Positions 16,344 to 23,999 of a stretch of DNA of 36,496 bases are shown one piece after another. The position numbers were made by a program, and so were the translations under genes. Each line of letters opens with the position of its first letter. Position 1 is the stretch's first letter. The notes under the pieces are model-generated. The model made no database searches. It saw only the letters and a list, made by a program, of their open reading frames with translations, and was not told the origin of the DNA. Source of the stretch: Deltaproteobacteria bacterium (lineage in GTDB: Bacteria; Myxococcota_A; Polyangia; Haliangiales; Haliangiaceae); the NCBI GenBank assembly GCA_013813945.1, contig JACCQV010000586.1, positions 1 through 36,496 on the forward strand, written 5' to 3'.

Positions 16344-17818
16344 GTGACTCCGGTCGACTCAGGCGCTCTGGTTCCCCGTCGCACGACGGAGCGCACCAGA
16401 TCGAGACAACGGCGAAAGGTTGCCGCGGCTACAACTCTCAATGCAATCACGTACACCACGAGTCCAATGATGCTCTCGAGCACGAGCAGCGCCAGCGGAT
16501 ACAAGGGAGGGAGCGCGCGCTCCAACGCCAGGATCGCGATGGCCATCACGGACGCCGCCACGAGAGCTGGCAAGAATGCGCGCACGTAGTCCCGCAACTG
16601 GATGCCGAGCGACGCGCGAACCATCCCGATCTCGACAGGCACGATCACGCAGCAGGCGAGCAAGTAGGCCAGCGCTGCAGACTGTGCTCCTCCTCGGACC
16701 AGGACCAGCAGCAGCGGCACGTACACGCAGACCAGGATGATGTGCAACATCAGGTACGCACGGGTCTTGCCCACAGCCTTGAGCGCCGCGACATTCAGAT
16801 ACGAGAGCGAGATCGGGATACCGGAGATCGCGAAGACTGCCAGGACCGGGGCGCTATCACTCCAGTCCTCGCCAAACACGACCGTCATGACCGGCTCGGC
16901 CGCCACGGTCACACCCGCGTAGATGGGAAAACACAACGCGGCGGTGACCTCGACCATCTTGTACAACGCCTGACGACGGCGCTCTGGATCGGACAGCTTC
17001 GCGAGCGCACTGAATGCCACGGCGTCGCCCGACTTGTTGAGCACCTGGTTCAAGATCTGGAACACTCGCTGTGCGAGCGAGTACATACCGAGGCTCGCGA
17101 TACCCAACCAGCGCGCGATGATCACGGTGTCGAGACGTCGACTGACGAAGTTCAGAAGCGCGCCTCCGAAGATCGGGGATCCAAAGGCGCTCAGCTCCTT
17201 GAGATCAGACACCGAGAATCGCCAGTGCGGTCGCCAGCGCGCCGCTCGCCACAGCGCCAGCGTTCCTACCAGCTCGCCAACCAGGGCCTGGACAATCAGG
17301 CTGTAGAGACCGAGGCCGGAGATCGCACTGACGACACCGGCCGCTCCTCCGATGGCCGCCGCCATGATGGTGCGCAGGGAGAGCGCGCGAAAGTCCATCT
17401 GGCGAATGAGCAACGCGCCGGGGACGATCGTCAGCGATCGAAGGATGAGCGAGATCGAGAGCCACCGGACGACCGGTGCAACAGAAGCCTCGGCGACAAG
17501 CGACGCGATGGGGCCAGCCAGCAGCGCGATGACCAGCGCAATGAGCGCACCGAGTACGGCGTTGAACCAGAATGCAGTGTCCTTGTGGGACTCCGTGAGA
17601 TCTTGCCGCTGTGAGATGAACTCGCCATACCCTTGGCCAATCAGCAGCTCTCCAAGAGCCGTGACGGTGAGTGCGAGGGCAATCGCGCCAAACGCCGACC
17701 GATCCAGGTACCGGGCAAGGACTGCGACGACAACGAGGCTCAGGAGCTTCGCTGCAAGATTCTGGATCAGGTTCCAAGCGACGCCGTGAGCGGACGCGCG
17801 TTTCAGGTCCTGGATCAT
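16340..17818 (-). CDS. wzx: Wzx-type oligosaccharide flippase (polysaccharide biosynthesis protein, MOP superfamily)
   Basis: 492 aa and strongly hydrophobic with many predicted TM segments. The N-terminus MIQDLKRASAHGVAWNLIQNLAAKLLSLVVVAVLARYLDRSAFG is typical of Wzx/RfbX-type flippases. Confidence 0.8.
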   Translation of the reverse strand: MIQDLKRASAHGVAWNLIQNLAAKLLSLVVVAVLARYLDRSAFGAIALALTVTALGELLIGQGYGEFISQRQDLTESHKDTAFWFNAVLGALIALVIALLAGPIASLVAEASVAPVVRWLSISLILRSLTIVPGALLIRQMDFRALSLRTIMAAAIGGAAGVVSAISGLGLYSLIVQALVGELVGTLALWRAARWRPHWRFSVSDLKELSAFGSPIFGGALLNFVSRRLDTVIIARWLGIASLGMYSLAQRVFQILNQVLNKSGDAVAFSALAKLSDPERRRQALYKMVEVTAALCFPIYAGVTVAAEPVMTVVFGEDWSDSAPVLAVFAISGIPISLSYLNVAALKAVGKTRAYLMLHIILVCVYVPLLLVLVRGGAQSAALAYLLACCVIVPVEIGMVRASLGIQLRDYVRAFLPALVAASVMAIAILALERALPPLYPLALLVLESIIGLVVYVIALRVVAAATFRRCLDLVRSVVRRGTRAPESTGVT

Positions 17819-17865
17819 GTGCGCACGGGCGACTCGAAGAACCGCCGACTAGTCTCGCGAGGAGA

Positions 17866-18714
17866 CTACCACCCCAATGCCGAGAGCATCGCGCGGAGGT
17901 CTGCGTCGCTGATCTCGGCAGACGTGCCGTACCAGGCGGCCATATAGAGACAACGTAGATCCGGCGAGGGATTGTTGGCGCCGCCCAGGACCAAACCTCG
18001 ACTTCCTTGCAGAGGAACGTATGGCAACTGAACCAGCTCCTGAGACGTGAGGATCTTCTGCTGCATGTTCGTCACGTCGAGTTTGAGCAACATCGGTATC
18101 ACCGCAGAACCATAGTTCACGGTGCCACTCGCATAGGTACCGTTGATGCCAATGCGCAGACGGAGATTTCCATCGAGCTCGACGTCTGCTCGACGCCCCT
18201 GGATCCCCGAACCGCCGAACAGAATGGAGCGGATACCAGGCGGATTTGGGATGTCCAGGATCTGAAAGACCAGCAGGACCGTCATCGAGGTCGTCGCCAC
18301 GTCGGGAAGCGATGCATCGGTGTTGTTGTAGAACTCGCGGTTGCTGAAGTCGGGCATTCCCACGGCCAAGCGGGTCCAACCGAGCACGGGCTGCCGGAAC
18401 AGCGGGCTGTTCCGTACTCCCAGATCGACGTTCCCGGTGACATCGATCAACCCTGTGCCCGACGCGAGATCCTGCATGGGCCAGAGCCCTTGTGGCGGAT
18501 CCACGTTCAGGTTGCGCACGGCGATCAAGGACGTCCATTCCGCGGCCGTCGCGGGGGCGCCCTTTCCACTGCTCGGGTCGATGGTCCAGGTCGCGGCAAT
18601 GTCGGGCGGAACGTCGGGGGGCGGCGCGTCCACCATCTCAGCCGGCGGCTCGAGGGAGAACCCACAGCCGGCGACGAGGAGGAGCATGGCCGAGCAACGC
18701 ACGGCGCGAAGCAT
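17866..18714 (-). CDS. Putative lipoprotein with a LamG/concanavalin-A-like jelly-roll domain (function unknown)
   Basis: I prefer the internal ATG 18714, which gives MLRAVRCSAMLLLVAGCGF (signal peptide plus lipobox VAGC). It is followed by a Pro-rich linker and a beta-rich region (SMTVLLVFQILD..., LRLRIGINGTYASG..., RCLYMAAWYG) resembling LamG-type domains. Fold assignment is by eye only. Confidence 0.5.
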   Translation of the reverse strand: MLRAVRCSAMLLLVAGCGFSLEPPAEMVDAPPPDVPPDIAATWTIDPSSGKGAPATAAEWTSLIAVRNLNVDPPQGLWPMQDLASGTGLIDVTGNVDLGVRNSPLFRQPVLGWTRLAVGMPDFSNREFYNNTDASLPDVATTSMTVLLVFQILDIPNPPGIRSILFGGSGIQGRRADVELDGNLRLRIGINGTYASGTVNYGSAVIPMLLKLDVTNMQQKILTSQELVQLPYVPLQGSRGLVLGGANNPSPDLRCLYMAAWYGTSAEISDADLRAMLSALGW

Positions 18715-18823
18715 ATCCCAAGAGTGCCCCCGATCCGAGGAACCCGGATGTGACGGCCGCCGGGCGGAAGGGATTGGAGACCTTGTCGTCGGAGAGCTGA
18801 AGGCATACGATTCGCGACCGCAA
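18715..18823. promoter_or_regulatory. Divergent intergenic region between block B and block C; presumed bidirectional promoter region
   Basis: This 109-bp non-coding gap lies between two divergently oriented starts, if GTG 18824 is the right-hand start. I recognised no consensus promoter elements. Confidence 0.25.
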
Positions 18824-19549
18824 GTGAGCCATCTGTACGAAGTCACCTCGTTCCAAGAGGTCTACGACCGCATCGACAGCATTCGCGACACTGTCGACAC
18901 CATCGGCTTCGCGATCATCCGCGGTTCCGTTTCAGGCGGCGACATCGAACGCTACAAGGGGCGGGTCAGACACCTCTACTCCCCGGTGAGTGACGTCCGG
19001 ATCTCCGGACACTATCAACGCGGCAGCAAGGACTTTCAGCGTCTCGATCTGGGCGAATACCCCTCGTCGTCGCGGTTTGCTCGCTACTTCTTCTTCTTCT
19101 CGTGGAACGAAAACGATCAGCATTTTCTCGACATCAATCGCGCTCAGATGCGCATCTTCAATCTGCTCGCGCGCCAGCCTTCGAGCTTCGGGCTCGAAGG
19201 CGACGACGACGATAATCGATTTCGCGTGAGCTTCGTCATCCAGTATCCGCTCGGTGGCGGCTTCATGTCGAAGCATCGGGAACACTCGAAGGTGAAGGAT
19301 GACAAGGCGTACGTCGTCTACCTTGCGCTGACCACGCGAGGGATCGACTACGACAAGGGTGGCGGCTATGTCGTCATCAACGACACGATGACCGACATCG
19401 AAGAACATGTCCTCGCATCAGACCTGGTTGTCTATCGAGGCGACATGTTCCACGGCGTGAATGGAATCGATCGCGACAAGCCGGTCGTGCTGAACGAAGT
19501 GTGCGGACGGATGATCTTGACCACGCAGGTCAACTACTTCACCCCCTGA
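18824..19549 (+). CDS. Hypothetical protein, 2OG-Fe(II) oxygenase (double-stranded beta-helix)-like
   Basis: YPLGGGFMSKHREH (HxE), YLALT, KGGGYVVIND, DLVVYRGDMFHGV (distal His) and GRMILT (Arg) follow the order of prolyl-hydroxylase-type 2OG oxygenase motifs. The start is uncertain: GTG 18824 is preferred, while ATG 18686 would overlap the divergent lipoprotein start. Confidence 0.45.
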   Translation: MSHLYEVTSFQEVYDRIDSIRDTVDTIGFAIIRGSVSGGDIERYKGRVRHLYSPVSDVRISGHYQRGSKDFQRLDLGEYPSSSRFARYFFFFSWNENDQHFLDINRAQMRIFNLLARQPSSFGLEGDDDDNRFRVSFVIQYPLGGGFMSKHREHSKVKDDKAYVVYLALTTRGIDYDKGGGYVVINDTMTDIEEHVLASDLVVYRGDMFHGVNGIDRDKPVVLNEVCGRMILTTQVNYFTP

Positions 19550-19556
19550 GCCACGA

Positions 19557-20555
19557 ATGTCTGCCCGCTCGATCACGATGGTCACGTATCACTACGTACG
19601 CGACCTCCCCCGCACGCAGTACCCTCGAATCAAGGCGCTGCTCACATCCGACTTCGAGCAGCAGCTCGCGTATCTGACTCGCTTTTACCGGTTCGTGACG
19701 GTTCAGGACTGCCTCGGCGCGATCTACGGCGGAGCGGAGCTGCCCGCCAACAGCGCCCTGCTGACCTTCGACGACGGGTACATGGATCACTATCAGACGG
19801 TGTTGCCGATGCTCGTCGAGCGAGGAATTCAGGGCGCATTCTTTCCGCCGGCGGAAGCGGTGATGACCGAGAAGGTCCTGAGCGTCAACAAGATCCACCT
19901 GATCCTGGCTGCGACGCTCGATCATGATGCCTTGCTCGAGGAGCTCCTCCCGCTTCTCGATGCGCTGCGACCCGAGTTCGGCTACGAGGACAATGAAGCC
20001 CTGTTTCAGCGACTCGCAATCGCGGACCGCTTCGACACCGCGAAGATCGTGTTCATCAAGCGAGTCCTCCAGAAGGGGCTGCCGACGGTCGCCAGGGATC
20101 GGATCGTCGACATCCTGTTCGCCAGACATGTATCGACGGATGAAGCAGCCGTGTCTCGCGAGCTGTACGTCAGCCGCGACCAGCTCCGCACCATGGCGCA
20201 GCAAGGCATGTACATCGGCAACCATGGCTTTAACCATGTGTGGCTTGGCGAGATGCCCCGGGCGGCGCAGGTCGAGGAGATCGACAGATCTCTCGAGTTC
20301 CACGCGGAGCTGGGGCTGGGAGGTACGAAGGACTGGGTCATGTGTTACCCGTACGGCTCGTACGACGACTCGTTGCTCTCGGTGATCCGCGAACGCGGCT
20401 GCAAGCTCGGGCTCAGCTCGCGCATGGGAGTCGCGCGTCTCGACCGCGAGAATGCTTTCACCCTCGAGCGCCTCGATACGAACGATCTTCCGAAGGCGGC
20501 CACGGCGGCGCCATCCAGGTGGACGGAACAGGTGGTTGGCAGCGAGCACGGATGA
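19557..20555 (+). CDS. Polysaccharide deacetylase (NodB homology / CE4 family)
   Basis: LLTFDDGYMDHYQTVLPMLVERGIQGAFFP (Asp-Asp motif) and IGNHGFNHVW (HxxxH metal ligands). 332 aa. Confidence 0.85.
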   Translation: MSARSITMVTYHYVRDLPRTQYPRIKALLTSDFEQQLAYLTRFYRFVTVQDCLGAIYGGAELPANSALLTFDDGYMDHYQTVLPMLVERGIQGAFFPPAEAVMTEKVLSVNKIHLILAATLDHDALLEELLPLLDALRPEFGYEDNEALFQRLAIADRFDTAKIVFIKRVLQKGLPTVARDRIVDILFARHVSTDEAAVSRELYVSRDQLRTMAQQGMYIGNHGFNHVWLGEMPRAAQVEEIDRSLEFHAELGLGGTKDWVMCYPYGSYDDSLLSVIRERGCKLGLSSRMGVARLDRENAFTLERLDTNDLPKAATAAPSRWTEQVVGSEHG

Positions 20556-21667
20556 CCACTTCGCGCGATATCCGACGGGCGCGCATGGACGATGTTCCTG
20601 CCCTGCAGCAGTTCTTCCAGCAATCCTATGGGCCCGACACCGTGTTCAAGAGTGCTGACTTCTTGCAATGGTTCCTCGGCGGAGTCTCGAGCGTAGACAC
20701 ATCATCACCCGAGTTATTGAACGCCTATGTCGCGCTCGATGGCGCTCGCGTGGTGGCCCACTATGGCTACATCCCGACGCGGTTGCGAGTTGGCGGCTCC
20801 GAGGTTCCCCACGTCTGGGGCGTCAATGCGTACACGCTTCCAGAGGTCCGCGGTGAAGGGCTCGGGCGCAAGCTCGTCGACGTGGTGCGTGCGCAGTTCG
20901 AGAGCTTCGGGGTGATCGGGTTCAGCTCCAGCACCGCCGACTTCTACGCATCGCTGGGCTTCAATGTGTTCGAGAAGCGGAGGTTCCGCCGGCATGTTCT
21001 GGTCCTCCAGCCGGAGATCGCGGACATCGTCGCGCTCATTGGCACAACCGAGCATCCCGGCGCCGAGAAGCTCACGAGGATGGCCTCGCTTCCCCACACG
21101 ACTGCCGCGGCGTCGACCGCAGACCCTGATTCCTGGATCGATGCGGTGCCGTCCGCGCTGGAGGCGATCTGCTCGCCCGTCCGCGATCGGGCCTGGCTCC
21201 GGTGGCGGTTCTCTCCGAGATCGCTGCTCGACTATCAGACCCGCTATCTGGTCAGCAGTCTCGTCGATCGCGCGATGATCGCGTTCCGAACCGTCGCGCT
21301 GCCGCCCACGCGTCACGTCATGACGCGCGTGGTGGATCTGTTCGGAGACCTCGCGTCCTCCCGTGCGCTGTTGCTCGAGACCTGCCTCCGGGCCCGGGAT
21401 GCTGGCCACATCTACGTCGAGCTCTCCAGCATGGGGAGCCTCTATGACGAGCTTCTCCAGGAGCTGGGGTTCGTGCTCCTCGAAGACGACGAGCAGAGCT
21501 GTTTGCCGTTGCTCACCAGCCCCGTTGCGTTCAAATCCAACACCGAATACGTCGGATTATCGTCCCGGGGAGACGACCCGTTGACGCGGTCGCTGCGCTC
21601 AGAATCGGTCTACTTCACATCTGCGGACTCAGATCGCGATCGCAGAGGCCGCCTGGCCGCTGGTTGA
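20552..21667 (+). CDS. GNAT-family acyltransferase with an additional C-terminal domain of about 220 aa
   Basis: IRRARMDDVPALQQFF..., acyl-CoA-binding-type loop LPEVRGEGLGRKLVDVV. 371 aa. ATGA overlap with the deacetylase stop. The track ORF start at 20240 is an artefact. Confidence 0.7.
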   Translation: MTTSRDIRRARMDDVPALQQFFQQSYGPDTVFKSADFLQWFLGGVSSVDTSSPELLNAYVALDGARVVAHYGYIPTRLRVGGSEVPHVWGVNAYTLPEVRGEGLGRKLVDVVRAQFESFGVIGFSSSTADFYASLGFNVFEKRRFRRHVLVLQPEIADIVALIGTTEHPGAEKLTRMASLPHTTAAASTADPDSWIDAVPSALEAICSPVRDRAWLRWRFSPRSLLDYQTRYLVSSLVDRAMIAFRTVALPPTRHVMTRVVDLFGDLASSRALLLETCLRARDAGHIYVELSSMGSLYDELLQELGFVLLEDDEQSCLPLLTSPVAFKSNTEYVGLSSRGDDPLTRSLRSESVYFTSADSDRDRRGRLAAG

Positions 21668-21689
21668 CCCCGCTTCGACGACGACCGGG

Positions 21690-21723
21690 TTGCTTCGAGG
21701 GGGCATCTCGGTAGAATGCCCCC
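21690..21723 (+). promoter_or_regulatory. Sigma-70-like promoter candidate overlapped by a perfect 8-bp inverted repeat
   Basis: TTGCTT (21690-21695), a 16-nt spacer, then TAGAAT (21712-21717). Inverted repeat GGGGGCAT (21699-21706) / ATGCCCCC (21716-21723) with a 9-nt spacer. It lies in the 91-bp gap upstream of the dehydrogenase gene. Confidence 0.3.
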
Positions 21724-21758
21724 GCGCTTCAGAGCGCCTCACCCAGAGGCAGATCACC

Positions 21759-23021
21759 ATGTTTGAGTACGACGTCTGCATCGTGGGCACTGGCCGAGTC
21801 GGCCTTCCACTTGGTCTCTCTTTGATGGAGACAGGAGCACTGGTCACCGGCGTTGATCGCGACGCCGCGCTACGAGACCAGGTCAACAGCGGCAAGATGC
21901 CGTTCCAGGAGCCCGGGTACACGGAGCTCGTAGGGACCCGCCGGTTTCAGATTCACGATTCGCCCTCGGTCATCGCGAATGCTCGAGCACTCGTGATCAC
22001 CGTCGGCACACCGCTGCACAATCACATCGAGACCGACCTTGGTCAGGTGCGTTCGGTGCTCGAGTCCATCGCACCACATCTTCGTCCAGGTCAGCTGCTG
22101 TGCTTGCGCAGCACCGTCGCGCCCGGAACGACGACGTACGTTGCACGTTGGCTCGAACGGCACACCAAGCTCGTCCTCGGACGTGACCTCGGCCTCGCCT
22201 TCTGTCCCGAGCGGATCGTCGAGGGAAAAGCGTACGAGGAGCTCCGCACGCTACCGCAGATCATTGGCACCCAGGATGCGGCGAGCGCAGAGGCAGCGGC
22301 CGCCCTCTTCGGCCGCCTCACCAATGACTTGCTGCACTCTGATTTTGTGACCGCAGAGCTCGTCAAGCTGTTCAACAACATCACGCGGTACGTTCACTTC
22401 GCGCTCGCGAACCACCTCGCGTTGGTCTCTGACACGCTCGGTGCGAACATCTTCGAGATTCAGCGGCTGACGAACTACAAGTATCCGCGGCACGGAGTCG
22501 CGAGTCCGGGGTTCACGGCGGGAACATGCCTGCGCAAGGACTTCGGCATGATCAACGAGTGGACGCCCTACCCCGACCTGCTGCTGTCGGCGTGGAAGAT
22601 GAACGAGTACATGCCGATGTTCATCGTTCAGCACCTCAAGCAGCGCACGCAGATTTTTGAACGCCGTATCGTCGTTCTCGGCTACACGTTCAAGGCCGAC
22701 TCCGACGACACGCGAGACAGCTTGGTCCCCAAGCTCCTGCGCTATGTCGAGCGCGAGCTGCCGACCGAGCTTCGAGTTTCGGATCACCACCTTCCAGATC
22801 CGATCGTGGACCCGTCCTACGGGACCGCTCGGAACTGGAACGCCAAGGCAGCGATCGAGGACGCCGACAGCGTGATCATCGCGACCAATCACACAGGATA
22901 CGGCAACGTGCTCCGTGAGCTGTGCGTGCGGCGCCCCGATGCCTGGGTCGCCGATCTGTGGAACGTCGGAAAAATTGGCAAAGTGTTCTATCAGGCCCGC
23001 GAACTGGCAGGTCTCGAGTGA
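21759..23021 (+). CDS. Nucleotide-sugar dehydrogenase (UDP-glucose/GDP-mannose dehydrogenase family)
   Basis: MFEYDVCIVGTGRVGLPLGLSL (GxGxxG) and candidate catalytic Cys in GFTAGTCLRKDF. 420 aa. GAGG lies 10 nt upstream of ATG 21759. Confidence 0.85.
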   Translation: MFEYDVCIVGTGRVGLPLGLSLMETGALVTGVDRDAALRDQVNSGKMPFQEPGYTELVGTRRFQIHDSPSVIANARALVITVGTPLHNHIETDLGQVRSVLESIAPHLRPGQLLCLRSTVAPGTTTYVARWLERHTKLVLGRDLGLAFCPERIVEGKAYEELRTLPQIIGTQDAASAEAAAALFGRLTNDLLHSDFVTAELVKLFNNITRYVHFALANHLALVSDTLGANIFEIQRLTNYKYPRHGVASPGFTAGTCLRKDFGMINEWTPYPDLLLSAWKMNEYMPMFIVQHLKQRTQIFERRIVVLGYTFKADSDDTRDSLVPKLLRYVERELPTELRVSDHHLPDPIVDPSYGTARNWNAKAAIEDADSVIIATNHTGYGNVLRELCVRRPDAWVADLWNVGKIGKVFYQARELAGLE

Positions 23022-23995
23022 GCACGTCGATCATCACCGGCGCAGCAGGTTTCATCGGGTACGCGCTCGCCCACCGACTGGCGCAGGATCCCGAACACCA
23101 GCTGATCCTGATCGATAACTTCCTGCGAGGGGAAGACGACAAGGCATACGCGGCCCTTGGCGAGCGATCGAACGTCACGCTGTTGAAGATCGACCTCAGC
23201 GCCCCCGATGCCATCGAGCGTCTGCCCGACGTCGCTGTCGACTTCGTCTTTCATCTTGCTGCGCTCAATGGGACGCAGAACTTCTACGAACGTCCTTACG
23301 AGGTGCTCAAGCACAGCACCGTACCGACGTTTTCACTCGTCGAGAAATACGTCACCTCGAACAAGGTTCGAAGTCGCTTCCTGTATGCGGGGAGCTCCGA
23401 GGCGTACGCCAGCACGGTCACCCGTTTCAACTGGCCCGTACCGACCGCCGAAGATGTACCGCTCAGTATCGAAGATCCGACGAACGCACGCTGGTCGTAC
23501 GGAGTCTCCAAGCTGCACGGTGAGGTCCTGACGTGCGTCGCCTGCAAGCAGTTCGGCGTGCCGTTCACCGCGATTCGCTACCACAACGTTTATGGCCCAA
23601 GGATGGGCGACAAGCACGTGATCCCGGACTTCGTTCATCGGATGAACGATCAGGTCTATTCGCTGTACGGCCACGAGGACACGCGCTCGTTCCTCTACAT
23701 CGAGGATGCTGTGGCAGCGACGATCCAGCTCGCGAAGGCTCCAGCGGCCGCGGACCAGATCGTCAACGTGGGCAGCACCGAGGAAGTCACGATCGCGAAG
23801 CTGGGCGAGATGATGATGCGTGTGGCCGGGATCCGTGCGCCGATCGAGCTGTTCCCGTCACCTCAGGGCAGCGTCAAGCGGCGGGCCCCCGACGTTGCCA
23901 AGCTCCGCTCGATCACGGGCTTCGAGCCCGCGTGGACTCTGGAGCGTGGGTTGGCTGAAACGGTAGCCTGGTATCGCTCTCACCCGAAGACGTGA
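23018..23995 (+). CDS. NAD-dependent epimerase/dehydratase (extended SDR)
   Basis: IITGAAGFIGYALAHRL, GSSEAYA and YGVSKLHGE (YxxxK). GTG 23018 overlaps the dehydrogenase stop (GTGA). Confidence 0.85.
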   Translation: MSTSIITGAAGFIGYALAHRLAQDPEHQLILIDNFLRGEDDKAYAALGERSNVTLLKIDLSAPDAIERLPDVAVDFVFHLAALNGTQNFYERPYEVLKHSTVPTFSLVEKYVTSNKVRSRFLYAGSSEAYASTVTRFNWPVPTAEDVPLSIEDPTNARWSYGVSKLHGEVLTCVACKQFGVPFTAIRYHNVYGPRMGDKHVIPDFVHRMNDQVYSLYGHEDTRSFLYIEDAVAATIQLAKAPAAADQIVNVGSTEEVTIAKLGEMMMRVAGIRAPIELFPSPQGSVKRRAPDVAKLRSITGFEPAWTLERGLAETVAWYRSHPKT

Positions 23996-23999
23996 GGGC

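Noticed and set aside
19088-19099. A (TTC)4 microrepeat.
   Set aside because: It lies in frame within the oxygenase-like gene, where it encodes FFFF in YFFFFSW. It is too short to argue for slipped-strand phase variation.
3108-21667. Possible membership of an exosortase/PEP-CTERM-type EPS locus, suggested by the AsnB-like amidotransferases, the CE4 deacetylase, the Fem-like GNAT, Wza and the BY-kinase.
   Set aside because: No exosortase (EpsH-like) gene and no PEP-CTERM protein is present in the window. The association remains a neighbourhood resemblance, to be tested on flanking sequence.
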